A stretch of DNA of 64,000 nucleotides from Collinsella sp. (GTDB taxonomy: Bacteria; Actinomycetota; Coriobacteriia; Coriobacteriales; Coriobacteriaceae). The stretch's first letter is position 1. Each line of letters opens with the position of its first letter. The translations under genes were made by a program, and so were the position numbers. The stretch is taken from the NCBI GenBank assembly GCA_036550475.1, contig JAXKGH010000062.1, positions 13,835 through 77,834 of the forward strand, written 5' to 3'. Below the pieces are notes generated by a model. It was not told where the DNA came from and ran no database searches. It was given only the letters and a program-made list of their open reading frames with translations. Below are positions 29,612-39,855 of the stretch, piece after piece.

Positions 29612-30655
29612 ATGGCGCTTTCCGAATACAGCAAGCGGCTGCTGGGCGCCTATGCCGAGCAGCCGTTCCTTATGGCTCCCATGGCGGGCGTAACCGATCC
29701 CGCTTATCGCATCATGTGCCGCCGCCGCGGTGCCAATCTCGCCTATAGCGAGATGGTGAGCGTGGCGGGCCTTGCCTATGCCAGCAACAAGACCTGGCGC
29801 CTGGTGCTACCGGCCGACGAGGAGCAGCAGATTTGCGTGCAGCTCTTTGGCTCCAAGCCCGAGCAGTTTGCGAGTGCCGTCGCCGCCGTCGAGGAGCGTG
29901 TGGGCGATCGCCTGTCATTGATTGATATCAACATGGCCTGTCCGGCTCGCAAGGTCGTTACTAAGGGCGAAGGCTCGGCGCTTATGCGCACGCCCGACCT
30001 GGCCGAGAAGATTGTCGAGGCAGCGGTGGGCGCGGCGCATGTTCCCGTGACCGTGAAGATCCGCAAGGGTTTTTATGCCGAGGACCGCAACGCCGCAACG
30101 TTTGCCCAGATGCTTGAAGGGGCGGGCGCCTCTGCAGTTGCCGTGCACGGTCGTTGTGCCACGCAGCTCTACACCGGCCAGGCCGATTGGTCGGTTGTCG
30201 ATGAGGTTGCCGACGCCGTCGAAATTCCCGTTATCGGTTCGGGCGATGTGTTCTGCGCCGAGGATGCCGCGGAGCATCTGCGCAGTTCTGGTGCCAGCGC
30301 GGTGTTTATCGCGCGCGGCATCTACGGCAATCCGTGGGTGTTCGGTGATGCTCGCGCCCTTGCGCTCGATGGCATGCCGGTGCCGGCGCGCAGCTCCGTT
30401 GAGCGCCTAGACGCCCTGCGTGAGCACCTAACGCTGACGCATGAGCTCCTGCCGCTCATGTCGCGTGCCCGTACGTACGCAAGCTGGTACTTAAAAGGCA
30501 TGCCCCATGCCGCCGCTTGGCGTGCTCATGTGGTGCGCTGCTCCACGTACGAGGAGTTCATGGCGCTGGTCGATGAGATCGAGCGCGATGTGGTGGCCTG
30601 CGAGGCTGCCCTTGCCGCCGGCGAATCGGTGCCCCCTCATCCGCTGGGGGCTTAA
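29612..30655 (+). CDS. dusB: tRNA-dihydrouridine synthase (DusB-like)
   Basis: APMAGVTD, DINMACP, VTVKIR, VHGR and GNPW motifs. Confidence 0.9.
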   Translation: MALSEYSKRLLGAYAEQPFLMAPMAGVTDPAYRIMCRRRGANLAYSEMVSVAGLAYASNKTWRLVLPADEEQQICVQLFGSKPEQFASAVAAVEERVGDRLSLIDINMACPARKVVTKGEGSALMRTPDLAEKIVEAAVGAAHVPVTVKIRKGFYAEDRNAATFAQMLEGAGASAVAVHGRCATQLYTGQADWSVVDEVADAVEIPVIGSGDVFCAEDAAEHLRSSGASAVFIARGIYGNPWVFGDARALALDGMPVPARSSVERLDALREHLTLTHELLPLMSRARTYASWYLKGMPHAAAWRAHVVRCSTYEEFMALVDEIERDVVACEAALAAGESVPPHPLGA

Positions 30656-30657
30656 GG

Positions 30658-31890
30658 GTGGCCGTTACCGCGCTGTATGCGCACGTGCCGTTTTGCGCCA
30701 AAAAGTGCCGGTACTGCGACTTTGACTCACGCAGTTTTGCTCCGTGCGACCTGAGCGCTGCGCTCGATTTCTATTTTGAGCAGTTGTTCGCGCGTCTCGA
30801 TGCTTTTGGCAAGGCTGGGGCCCTTGACCAGATCCGCACCGTCTATGTTGGCGGCGGTACGCCGTCGCTGGCGGGGGAGCGCCTGGTGGAGCTGGTGCGG
30901 CGTATTCGTGCGTGGTGCGCCCCCGTTGAGTTTACCTGCGAGGCCAATCCCGAGTCGCTGACCGCCGAGCTTGCCGCTGCGCTTGCCAAGGTTGGTGTCA
31001 CACGCGTCTCTCTGGGCGTGCAAACGCTCGATAACACCGAACTTACCGCCATCGGCCGTATTCACGATGCCGATCGGGCGCTCGCCGCCATCGCGACGGT
31101 TAAGGACGCTGGGCTCGATGTGTCGTGCGACCTTATGTGCGGACTTCCCGGGCAGACCGCAGCGAGTTGGAAGCACACGCTCGATGGCGTGCTGGCGGCG
31201 GCTCCGCATCATGTGTCGGTCTACCCGCTTACGCTTGAGGAGGGGACGCCCCTTTATCGCATGGCGTGCCGCGACGAGTCGGTCGAGCCCGACGAGGATT
31301 TTCAAGCTTCGTGCATGGATGTGGCGCGTGAGCGTCTGGGTGCGGCCGGCTATCACCCGTATGAGGTGGCAAGCTATGCGCTCGACGGCCATGAGTGCGC
31401 CCATAACATTGCCTACTGGACCGGACGGGGCTACCTGGGCCTGGGTCGTTCTGCCGCGGGCATGCTCGACGCCGGGGATTTCGACCGTCTTGCAGGTTTG
31501 TTCCCCGGTGTTTCTTCTCGAGGCGTTGCGTACCGCGTGCGTCTGGTGCAACGTGACGATGACGCGACGGCGTTCGAGACTGAATATCTGTCGCAGCGTG
31601 AGGCTGCGGCTGAAGACCTGATGCTCGCTTGTCGCATGACGCGCGGTATTGCGTCCGATCTGTTGGTTCGTGCAGCTTGCGTCATCCCAACGGGCGAGCT
31701 GGCAGCTGCCTGCGATCGCGCGCTCGAATTGGGTCTTGCCACTTGGGTGCCCGAGACGCTCGGAGTCCATGAGGGACCCTTCACTTCGGCAGACGTCCTC
31801 GCGGGCCATGTCCGAGCTCGTCTGGCGCCGACACACCTGGGCTGGCTCGATGGAAATGTTCTGTTCGAGCTGTTTTGGGATCTAGCTTAG
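30658..31890 (+). CDS. hemW: Radical SAM heme chaperone HemW (HemN-like)
   Basis: YAHVPFCAKKCRYCDF, GGGTPS, EANP and HNIAYW motifs; lepA-adjacent position. Confidence 0.88.
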   Translation: MAVTALYAHVPFCAKKCRYCDFDSRSFAPCDLSAALDFYFEQLFARLDAFGKAGALDQIRTVYVGGGTPSLAGERLVELVRRIRAWCAPVEFTCEANPESLTAELAAALAKVGVTRVSLGVQTLDNTELTAIGRIHDADRALAAIATVKDAGLDVSCDLMCGLPGQTAASWKHTLDGVLAAAPHHVSVYPLTLEEGTPLYRMACRDESVEPDEDFQASCMDVARERLGAAGYHPYEVASYALDGHECAHNIAYWTGRGYLGLGRSAAGMLDAGDFDRLAGLFPGVSSRGVAYRVRLVQRDDDATAFETEYLSQREAAAEDLMLACRMTRGIASDLLVRAACVIPTGELAAACDRALELGLATWVPETLGVHEGPFTSADVLAGHVRARLAPTHLGWLDGNVLFELFWDLA

Positions 31891-31948
31891 GCCGCTCGGG
31901 TAGAATTACCGGAATATATACGCTGCTGTGAGCAGGAGGTTGCCGCGC

Positions 31949-33052
31949 ATGGCGACGATGAACGAAAAAGATTACTACGAGATTTTGGGTGTCTCCAAGG
32001 ACGCCACCTCGCGTGATATTCAAAAGGCCTTCCAGCAAAAGGCCCGCAAGCTCCATCCGGACGTCAACAAAGAGCCGGATGCCGAGGAAAAGTTTAAAGA
32101 GGTTTCCGAGGCCTACGCCGTGCTTTCGGACGAGCAGAAGCGTTCGCGCTACGACGCCATGCGTTCGGGCAACCCCTTCGCCGGCGCTCCTACGGCTTCG
32201 CCCTATGGCGGCGGCTACGCCGGCAGCGCGGGCTATGGCAATCCCTTTGAGGGCGGTTTTCCCTTTGGTGGCGCCTGGGGCCAGCCGCGTCGCGGGCAGG
32301 CTGCCTACAATCCCGAGAACGGCGCCAACGTGGTCGTTGATATCAAACTCGACGCCAAGGAGGCCAAGGGCGGTGCCCGCAAGACCGTCCGCTACACGCG
32401 CTTCGATACCTGTAACAACTGCGGCGGTTCGGGCTCCGTTTCGTCTGAGCATGCCCATACCTGCCCGAGCTGCGGTGGCCGCGGCCACATCGACGTCGAC
32501 CTGTCCTTCCTGTTTGGTGCGGGTACGTTCCAGTCGGTCTGCCCCGAGTGCGGCGGTTCCGGTAAGGTCGTGGCCGACCCCTGCCCTGATTGCGGCGGCA
32601 GCGGTCGTACTCGCGTAACCTCCGAGCAGACGATTGAGTTTCCTGCCGGCACGCACGATGGCGACGAGGTCCGCATTGGCGGCATGGGTCATGCTGGCAC
32701 CAACGGTGCCGCGGGCGGCGATCTGGTCGGCCGCGCCCATGTTGAGGCCGAGCGCTTGGAAGGCAAAGCTCGTACCGGTTTTTACCTGATGGGCATCGTG
32801 GCGCCGTTTTTGGTACTCTCGGCCATCTCGGGCGTGTTCTCGGCCTTTGCCATGATGTGCTTTATTCCGTTTGCCATGGGCCTGTTCATGGTGCTTTCGG
32901 ACGGCGTGCTTCATCGCAGCCTGCTGTGGTGGAAGCGCGGCGCGATGCAGTTTGCCAACGGTTTTGCCAACGGCTTCATGTTCGCGCTCGTGTCGGTTTG
33001 GTTCGCGAGCTGTTCGCAACGGGCCATGCTTTCGCCGTACCAAATGCAATAA
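31949..33052 (+). CDS. DnaJ-like protein with zinc finger and hydrophobic C-terminus
   Basis: J domain with HPD, G/F-rich region, four CxxCxGxG repeats, about 3 C-terminal hydrophobic segments; AGGAGG RBS. Confidence 0.88.
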   Translation: MATMNEKDYYEILGVSKDATSRDIQKAFQQKARKLHPDVNKEPDAEEKFKEVSEAYAVLSDEQKRSRYDAMRSGNPFAGAPTASPYGGGYAGSAGYGNPFEGGFPFGGAWGQPRRGQAAYNPENGANVVVDIKLDAKEAKGGARKTVRYTRFDTCNNCGGSGSVSSEHAHTCPSCGGRGHIDVDLSFLFGAGTFQSVCPECGGSGKVVADPCPDCGGSGRTRVTSEQTIEFPAGTHDGDEVRIGGMGHAGTNGAAGGDLVGRAHVEAERLEGKARTGFYLMGIVAPFLVLSAISGVFSAFAMMCFIPFAMGLFMVLSDGVLHRSLLWWKRGAMQFANGFANGFMFALVSVWFASCSQRAMLSPYQMQ

Positions 33053-33133
33053 CATCAAACCCTCTGTTTGCGGTCGGCCCTGCTTGGGTATAGGACGCAC
33101 TGTGACAATAATGAAAGTCGGAAGGATTCGGTC

Positions 33134-34282
33134 GTGTCGGAAAATAGGGATTACTACGAGGTGCTTGGCGTCGACAGGGATGCCGACGCGCGGACGATTA
33201 AGCGTGCGTTTCTAAAGAAGGCCCGTACCGTACATCCGGATGTTTCGGACGACCCCGAGGCCGAGACCAAGTTCAAGGAGCTCAACGAGGCCTATTCCGT
33301 TCTTTCCGATGAGCAGAAGCGTGCTAACTACGACCGTTGCGGCACTGCCGACGGCCCTGGTGGTTCGGGCTACGTCGATATCAACGATATCTTTGGCGGC
33401 ATGGGCATGGACGACCTCTTCTCGTCGTTCTTTGGCGGCGGTGCCGGCGGTGGCGCCCGAAATCGCCGTGAGCGTCGTCGCGGCCGCGATATGGCCATCT
33501 CCCTTTCGGTGACCCTTGAGGAGGCGGCACTCGGCTGCAAAAAGACGATCAGCTATGACCGCCTTGCCCCCTGCGAGGATTGCAACGGCACCGGTAGGGC
33601 CGAGGGTGCACAGGAAAAGCAGTGCAGCCGCTGCCACGGCACAGGCTATGTCACGACGGTCCAGCGCTCGTTCCTGGGCCAGGTTCAGTCCTCTTCGCCT
33701 TGCCCTGACTGCCACGGCGAGGGCACGGTTATCGACCATCCCTGCGAGACCTGCGACGGTCAGGGCCGCACGCCTTCGCACGAAAAGATCGACATCGATA
33801 TTCCCGCCGGCGTTTCGACCGGTCACCAGCTGCGCGTGAGCGGCTTTGGCGAGGCTGGCCTTCGCGGCGAGCCCTCGGGCGACCTGATTGTCAACGTGCG
33901 CGTTGCCGACCATGAGCGCTTTAAGCGCAACGGTGACGACCTGTACCTCGTGAGCGATATCTCGATTGCGCAGGCTGCGCTCGGCTGCGAGATCGAGGTC
34001 GAGGGCATTATGCCCGACGAGGTCGTTAAGGTGACGGTTCCCGCCGGCGCCCAGTACGGCGACACCGTGAGCGTCAATAATTACGGCATGCCGCGCATTG
34101 GCGGTGGCGGTTCGCGTGGCCGCCTGATCGTGCAACTGCGCGTGGTCGTTCCCACCAATCTTTCCAATAAGCAGCGCGAGCTGCTCCGTGCTTTTGCCGA
34201 TGAGATGGGCGATGACGTCGCTTCCGGTAAGAAGTCGGTGACCGACCGTATCAAGAGTGCCCTCGACGATATCCTCGATTAA
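33134..34282 (+). CDS. dnaJ: Molecular chaperone DnaJ (class A)
   Basis: DYYEVLG, HPD, four CxxCxGxG repeats and complete C-terminal domains; GTG start. Confidence 0.95.
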   Translation: MSENRDYYEVLGVDRDADARTIKRAFLKKARTVHPDVSDDPEAETKFKELNEAYSVLSDEQKRANYDRCGTADGPGGSGYVDINDIFGGMGMDDLFSSFFGGGAGGGARNRRERRRGRDMAISLSVTLEEAALGCKKTISYDRLAPCEDCNGTGRAEGAQEKQCSRCHGTGYVTTVQRSFLGQVQSSSPCPDCHGEGTVIDHPCETCDGQGRTPSHEKIDIDIPAGVSTGHQLRVSGFGEAGLRGEPSGDLIVNVRVADHERFKRNGDDLYLVSDISIAQAALGCEIEVEGIMPDEVVKVTVPAGAQYGDTVSVNNYGMPRIGGGGSRGRLIVQLRVVVPTNLSNKQRELLRAFADEMGDDVASGKKSVTDRIKSALDDILD

Positions 34283-34291
34283 GGAGCCCGC

Positions 34292-35584
34292 GTGCTCGCA
34301 CCCCATATTTCCGTTGTCAATCTCGGCTGCCGTGTCAACCGGGTTGAGTCTGACCGTATCACTGCCGATCTTATGCGCCTGGGCTTTGCTATTGTGGAGC
34401 CCCAGGATGCCGATTTGATCGTCATTAACACCTGTGCCGTTACGGGCGAGGCCGAGGCTAAGACCCGTAAGGCCGTCCGTCATGCGCTGGCCCATCCTAA
34501 CGAGCCCTATGTGCTCGTAACCGGCTGCGTCGTCAACCTGCATCCCGAGGAGTTGCTGGAGCTTTCGGATCGCGTGATCGCTGAGCCGTCCAAGATCGAT
34601 GTCGCCGATCGTGTCTGCGAGGTGCTGGGCGTTGAGTCCGATAGTGTTCCCGCCTGCAGCGATGGTGAGGTGGTCGATGCGCTCGGTCGCTCTCGCCTGG
34701 GCGTGAAGATTCAGGACGGCTGCAACCATCGCTGCACCTATTGCATTGTGTGGAAGGCGCGCGGCCCCGAGCGCTCCGTGCCCGTCGAGTCCGTGCTCGA
34801 GCAAGTTCGCGAGGCCCAGGAGGCCGGCGTGCCCGAGGTGGTGCTGACCGGTGTGAACCTGGGTGCCTACGATGGCAAGAGCGCGACCGACGAGCACGTC
34901 GAAATCGATGAGCTGCTCGAGGCCATCATGGAGCGCACGTCTATTCCGCATGTGCGCATTTCCTCGGTCGAGCCCATGGATATCTCCGAGCGCCTGCTTA
35001 AGGTTATGGCGCGCTACCCGCAGCGTATCGCCCCGTTTTTGCACCTGCCCGTGCAGTCCGGCTGCACGGCGACCCTGCATCGCATGGGCCGTCCCTATAG
35101 CGCCGAGGCCTTTGAGGACACGGTGCGTATGATTCGCGCCAACTTGCCCCAGGCGTCCCTTTCGTGCGATGTCATCGTCGGTTTTCCTGGTGAGACGGAC
35201 GAGGAGTTCGAGGAGTCGCTGGCGCTGTGCCGCCGTGTGGGTTTCTCGCGTATGCACGTGTTCCGCTACAGCATGCGTCCCGGTACCCTTGCTGCCGACA
35301 TGCCCGACCAGGTGCCACCCGAGGTTATGGCCGAGCGCAGCCGCCGTATGCGGGCCGCCGCACAGGAGCTCGCTATTGCCGACGCTCGTCGTCGCGTGGG
35401 CACGGTCGAGCGTGCCGTGCTCGAGTATGGTGACAACCTGACGCTCGGCTCTTTCCATCATGCCCGTCTTGACGATACCTGTGGACTTACAGCCCCGTGC
35501 CTGCTCGATGTTGCTATCATCGGAGTCGATGATTCCGGCTTGGTCCATGCACGCAGGGAGGTTCATGGAAGCCTCGAAGATTAG
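34292..35584 (+). CDS. mtaB: tRNA methylthiotransferase, MtaB-like
   Basis: LGCRVN, NTCAVT, KIQDGCNHRCTYC, VGFPGET and HVFRYS motifs; post-dnaJ position. Confidence 0.85.
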   Translation: MLAPHISVVNLGCRVNRVESDRITADLMRLGFAIVEPQDADLIVINTCAVTGEAEAKTRKAVRHALAHPNEPYVLVTGCVVNLHPEELLELSDRVIAEPSKIDVADRVCEVLGVESDSVPACSDGEVVDALGRSRLGVKIQDGCNHRCTYCIVWKARGPERSVPVESVLEQVREAQEAGVPEVVLTGVNLGAYDGKSATDEHVEIDELLEAIMERTSIPHVRISSVEPMDISERLLKVMARYPQRIAPFLHLPVQSGCTATLHRMGRPYSAEAFEDTVRMIRANLPQASLSCDVIVGFPGETDEEFEESLALCRRVGFSRMHVFRYSMRPGTLAADMPDQVPPEVMAERSRRMRAAAQELAIADARRRVGTVERAVLEYGDNLTLGSFHHARLDDTCGLTAPCLLDVAIIGVDDSGLVHARREVHGSLED

Positions 35585-36551
35585 ACTTACCGTTCCCGAG
35601 GGAATTGATCCCTCGTGCGTTTTGGGCGCCGGCGACGGCGTCCTTCGCGCGCTCGAGAGCTTGGTTCGCGCTCACGTGGTCGCCCGTGGCGATAGCATCG
35701 CCGTGAGCGGCGACCCGGACGAGGTCGAACTCGTGGCGCGCTTTTTCGAGCACGCTTTTCGCGAGGCGGCCGCCGGGCGCACGCTGTCTGCCGACGATGT
35801 CTCTCGCTGCCTGGCCGTCTTGCGCGACGGTGAGCACGAGGCTACGTCGCTTCGCGATGACGTGCTGCTTTCGTATCGCGGCCGCGTCATTCGCCCCAAG
35901 ACGCTCGGGCAAAAGCGCTATGTGGATGCCATCCGCTCGCATACCATCACGTTTGGCTTGGGTCCTGCCGGTACTGGTAAGACCTATCTGGCTATGGCGC
36001 TCGCCGTTGCCGCGCTCAAGCGTCACGAGGTGGGCCGTCTGATCTTGACGCGTCCGGTTGTCGAGGCGGGGGAGAATCTGGGCTTTTTGCCCGGCACCCT
36101 CGAGGAAAAGATCGATCCCTACATGCGTCCGCTCTATGACGCCCTTTTTGACATGATGGATCGCGAGCGCACTGATGAGCTTATGGAGCGCGGCGTGATC
36201 GAGATTGCCCCGCTTGCCTACATGCGCGGCCGCACGCTGAGTGATGCCTTCGTGGTGCTCGACGAGGCGCAAAATACCACGCCCGAGCAGATGAAGATGT
36301 TCCTGACACGCCTTGGGTTCAACTCCAAGTTCGTGATTACCGGCGACCTGAGCCAGCGCGACCTGGTGGGTCGTCGTGGCGGTCTTGCCGACGTTGAGCA
36401 GATTTTGGGCCGTGTCGACGATGTGGCGTTTGCACACCTCGAGCGTGCCGACGTGGTGCGCCATGCCCTGGTGGGTCGCATCGTCGAGGCATATGAAGCT
36501 TATGATGACGTGCGCGAGCAGCGCCCGCGCGACCGAAAGGAGTCCCGTTGA
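35565..36551 (+). CDS. phoH: PhoH-family ATPase
   Basis: GPAGTGKT, LGFLPG, AYMRGRTL and DEAQN motifs. Confidence 0.93.
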   Translation: MEASKIRLTVPEGIDPSCVLGAGDGVLRALESLVRAHVVARGDSIAVSGDPDEVELVARFFEHAFREAAAGRTLSADDVSRCLAVLRDGEHEATSLRDDVLLSYRGRVIRPKTLGQKRYVDAIRSHTITFGLGPAGTGKTYLAMALAVAALKRHEVGRLILTRPVVEAGENLGFLPGTLEEKIDPYMRPLYDALFDMMDRERTDELMERGVIEIAPLAYMRGRTLSDAFVVLDEAQNTTPEQMKMFLTRLGFNSKFVITGDLSQRDLVGRRGGLADVEQILGRVDDVAFAHLERADVVRHALVGRIVEAYEAYDDVREQRPRDRKESR

Positions 36552-37057
36552 GTGTATTGATCAGCAACGATGCCGAGCTCGATACGCTGCTCGACGCGCA
36601 GGAGGTGGAGCACATCTGCGAGGTTGTGCTTGCCGCCGAGGGCGTTGAACGTGAAGTCGAGATTTCCCTTTCGTATGTCGACGAGGACGAGATGCACGAG
36701 CTCAACCACGAGTGGCGCGGTATCGACCGCACCACCGATGTGCTCTCGTTTGAGTGCGATTCGGCCTTTGACGATGACATTCCCGCCGATGAGACGCTCG
36801 AGCTCGGCGATATTATCTTGGCCCCGCAGGTTATTGCCCGTCAGGCCCCCGGTTTTGGCAATAGCCCCGCTGACGAGTGCCGTCTGATGCTCGTTCACGG
36901 CATGTTGCACCTGCTGGGCTATGACCACATCGAGGACGACGAGGCCGAGGTTATGGAGGCCCGCGAGGACGCCATCCTGCGCGATCTGGCGCTCGAGCGC
37001 GGCGAGGACCCCAAGCTGGTCCACGTCGGCCCCATCACCAACCACGCCCACGACTAG
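36548..37057 (+). CDS. ybeY: rRNA maturation endoribonuclease YbeY
   Basis: TDVLSF and HGMLHLLGYDH motifs. Confidence 0.96.
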   Translation: MSVLISNDAELDTLLDAQEVEHICEVVLAAEGVEREVEISLSYVDEDEMHELNHEWRGIDRTTDVLSFECDSAFDDDIPADETLELGDIILAPQVIARQAPGFGNSPADECRLMLVHGMLHLLGYDHIEDDEAEVMEAREDAILRDLALERGEDPKLVHVGPITNHAHD

Positions 37058-37066
37058 GAGCCGTCT

Positions 37067-37444
37067 ATGATTCCCGGATCGAACAAGGACCATCCGTCCT
37101 TCTTAAAGTCGTTTTCCTACGCCATGGAGGGCTTCGTCACCGCCGTCAAGACCGAGCGCAACATTAAGGTCATGCTCGTTGCGGGCGCGTGCACCGTCAT
37201 TGCCGGCTGCGTCGTGGGGCTCGACATTGCCGAGTGGGCCACGATTATCATCTGTTGTGGCCTGGTGATTCACGGCGAGCTGTGCAACACCGCCATGGAG
37301 GCCATCGTCGACCTGGCGACCCAGGAGCTCCATCCGCTGGCCAAGCGTGCGAAGGACATCGCCGCCGCTTCCGTATACGTACTTTCCATCACCGCCGCGA
37401 TTGTGGGCGTGCTGGTATTTGCCCACGCGCTCGGCTTTATTTAG
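37067..37444 (+). CDS. dgkA: Diacylglycerol/undecaprenol kinase family
   Basis: SFSYAMEG, ELCNTAMEAIVD and AKDIAAASV motifs. Confidence 0.92.
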   Translation: MIPGSNKDHPSFLKSFSYAMEGFVTAVKTERNIKVMLVAGACTVIAGCVVGLDIAEWATIIICCGLVIHGELCNTAMEAIVDLATQELHPLAKRAKDIAAASVYVLSITAAIVGVLVFAHALGFI

Positions 37445-37456
37445 AAAGGGATTCCC

Positions 37457-38524
37457 ATGTCCGACAATATGCAGCCTACCGATGAGATTTTGGACGACGA
37501 GGTTCTGGACGCGGTGGATACCGAGGAGCTCGAGGATGTCGAGGAGTTCGACCCGTTTGAGGGCATGAGCGACGAGGAGCTCGACGCCCTGTGCGACGAG
37601 GGCGACAGCCTCGCGGGCTTTGGTGACGTGGAGCCCGGTTTCCGCAGCGGTTTTGTGGCCCTGGTCGGTCGTCCCAACGCCGGCAAGTCCACGCTGCTTA
37701 ATGCCTGCTATGGCAAAAAGGTCGCCATCACCTCGCCGGTGGCCCAGACGACCCGCCGCCGCATGCGCGCCGTCGTCAACCGTCCCGGCTACCAGCTGGT
37801 CTTTGTCGATACCCCGGGTATTCATAAGCCCAAGGACGGTCTGGGATCCGAGCTCAACAAGAGCGCGCTGTTCGAGCTGAACGATGTCGATGTCGTCGCT
37901 TTTTTGATTGATGCCACCAAACCGATCGGCAGGGGAGACGCCTGGGTTGCCGAGCGCGTCAGATGCGCCCGTTGCAAGAAGGTCCTGGTGCTCACTAAGG
38001 CCGATGAGGCCGACCCCGCACAGGTCATGGAACAGCTCAAGGCCGCCCACGAGCTCATGGAATATGACGACGAGATCGTGACGTCGTCGGTCAAGAACTT
38101 CAACGTCGATGCCTTTATCGAGACCGTTGCGCACTTTTTGCCCGAGGGTCCGCGTTGGTTCCCCGAGGACATGGGTACCGACGCTTCCGATGAGACGCTC
38201 GTTGCCGAGTTTGTGCGCGAGAAGGTCTTGCGCCGCACCCGTGATGAGATTCCGCACTCCGTTGGCGTGATCTGCGATGCGCTTGAGCAGACCAAGAAGG
38301 TGCTGCGCGTGCACGCCACCATTTACGTCGAGCGCGAGGGCCAAAAGGGCATCATCATCGGTAAGGGCGGCGAGATGATCAAGCATATCGGTATCGACGC
38401 CCGTCGCGATCTTGAGCGCATTTTTGGTACGCAGGTCTTTTTGGAGCTGGACGTGAAGGTCAAGGCTGGCTGGCGCGACGACGAGGCCCAGATTCGTCGT
38501 TTTGGCTACAACGCCGAGGACTAA
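37457..38524 (+). CDS. era: GTPase Era with acidic N-terminal extension
   Basis: FRSGFVALVGRPNAGKST, DTPG, EIPHS and KH GIIIGKGG motifs. Confidence 0.96.
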   Translation: MSDNMQPTDEILDDEVLDAVDTEELEDVEEFDPFEGMSDEELDALCDEGDSLAGFGDVEPGFRSGFVALVGRPNAGKSTLLNACYGKKVAITSPVAQTTRRRMRAVVNRPGYQLVFVDTPGIHKPKDGLGSELNKSALFELNDVDVVAFLIDATKPIGRGDAWVAERVRCARCKKVLVLTKADEADPAQVMEQLKAAHELMEYDDEIVTSSVKNFNVDAFIETVAHFLPEGPRWFPEDMGTDASDETLVAEFVREKVLRRTRDEIPHSVGVICDALEQTKKVLRVHATIYVEREGQKGIIIGKGGEMIKHIGIDARRDLERIFGTQVFLELDVKVKAGWRDDEAQIRRFGYNAED

Positions 38525-38539
38525 GGACGCGCGGCGCGC

Positions 38540-39289
38540 ATGGCAGGCTCCCGGACATATCGCACGAAAGTGCTCGTGCTCGATAAGACTAAGCTCAAAG
38601 AGACCGACTTGATCTTGACGATGCTTGACGAGCGGGGGCAGCAGGTTCGTGCCGTGGCAAAGGGCGCCCGCAAACCCGGCGGACGCCTGGCTGCGCGCTG
38701 CGAGCTGTTCTGTACGGTAGATATGCTGCTCGCACATGGACGGTCACTCGACGTGGTTTCCCAGGCCGAGCTTATGGAGGCGCCGCTCGGCGTTGCGCCC
38801 GATTACGAGACGACCTGCGCCGCAAGCGCGATCGCCGAGGTCGCGCGCGTGTGCTCGTTCGAGGACGCCGAGGACCCGTTTACCTTTGCCATCACGCAGC
38901 GAGCGCTTGCCCTGGTGGGCAGCGGGCTCGACACGGCGCATATGGATCTACTTGTTGCGGCATATGTCTTTAAGCTGCTGTCGCACGTTGGCTATCGACC
39001 CGATTTTTCGGCCTGCGTGCTGTGCGGAGACCCCATGCTGTCGTATTTTTCGCCCCAGGCGGGCGGCCTCATGTGCGGGTCGTGCGCGTCGAGCGTTCCA
39101 GGTGCCGAACTGGTGTCGACCGGTGAGGCCGCATGGCTGCGCGCCCTCATGTCCATGACCTTCGATGCGCTTTTGGCCGAGCGAATCGACCCGCATACCG
39201 CAGCCTTTTTGCTGGGGCTTTCGCATGTTTGGGCTGCGACGCACACCGATCAGCGCCTCCGTGCGATGGAATTCATGTTGGGTCGGTGA
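38540..39289 (+). CDS. recO: DNA repair protein RecO
   Basis: ETDLILT, AVAKGARKP and a CxxC...CxxC zinc finger; follows era. Confidence 0.93.
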   Translation: MAGSRTYRTKVLVLDKTKLKETDLILTMLDERGQQVRAVAKGARKPGGRLAARCELFCTVDMLLAHGRSLDVVSQAELMEAPLGVAPDYETTCAASAIAEVARVCSFEDAEDPFTFAITQRALALVGSGLDTAHMDLLVAAYVFKLLSHVGYRPDFSACVLCGDPMLSYFSPQAGGLMCGSCASSVPGAELVSTGEAAWLRALMSMTFDALLAERIDPHTAAFLLGLSHVWAATHTDQRLRAMEFMLGR

Positions 39290-39324
39290 TGATGCGCAGG
39301 CGCGGGCTGCTTGTGGTAACATAC

Positions 39325-39427
39325 CGACCTGTTGGTACCTCGACCTTGGTTGCTCGCTCCACCGGCGGCTTCCCAGTCCGAGGCGAATCGAGTCGCCCGA
39401 TGGCGACGCAAAACGAAAGGTGAAACA
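39325..39427 (+). promoter_or_regulatory. Structured 5' leader of rpsO (probable S15 autoregulatory leader)
   Basis: About 100-nt UTR after a GGTAACAT -10 box, with CTCGA/TCGAG, CCTTGG/CCGAGG and GTCGCC/GGCGAC pairings next to the RBS. Confidence 0.45.
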
Positions 39428-39706
39428 ATGACTGTTTCCAAAGAGCGCAAGGCGGAGCTGACTGCCCAGTTCGGTAACACCCCGGTCGACACCGGCAACC
39501 CCAAGGTTCAGGTCGCCATCCTGTCCGAGCGCATCAAGGAGCTGACCGAGCACATGAAGTCCCACCAGAAGGACTTCCACACCCGTCGTGGTCTGCTCAT
39601 GCTCGTCGGTCGTCGTCGTCGTCTTCTCTCCTACATCAAGAAGAACGACATCGTCGAGTACCGTGAGCTCATCAAGGCTCTGGGCATCCGCGACAACATC
39701 CAGTAG
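39428..39706 (+). CDS. rpsO: 30S ribosomal protein S15
   Basis: DTGNPKVQVAILS, HQKDFHTRRGLL and YRELIKALG motifs. Confidence 0.97.
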   Translation: MTVSKERKAELTAQFGNTPVDTGNPKVQVAILSERIKELTEHMKSHQKDFHTRRGLLMLVGRRRRLLSYIKKNDIVEYRELIKALGIRDNIQ

Positions 39707-39720
39707 GATTTGTACATGCT

Positions 39721-39752
39721 AAGAGCGTCCTGCGCAGCGGGGCGCTCTTTTT
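39721..39752 (+). terminator. Intrinsic terminator after rpsO
   Basis: AAGAGCGTCCTGC/GCGGGGCGCTCTT stem followed by a T run. Confidence 0.8.
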
Positions 39753-39855
39753 GTGTAAGGGCGTGAACAATCACGCTCTGAAGCGTGGCGGGGGCAGGGG
39801 GCCCGCGTCACATGAGAAGCCCGCAGGCAAGGGGCCTGTGGGGTAAAGGAGAACA

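Noticed and set aside
33212..35566. 784-aa - strand ORF opposite dnaJ/mtaB
   Set aside because: Shadow ORF spanning clear + strand genes.
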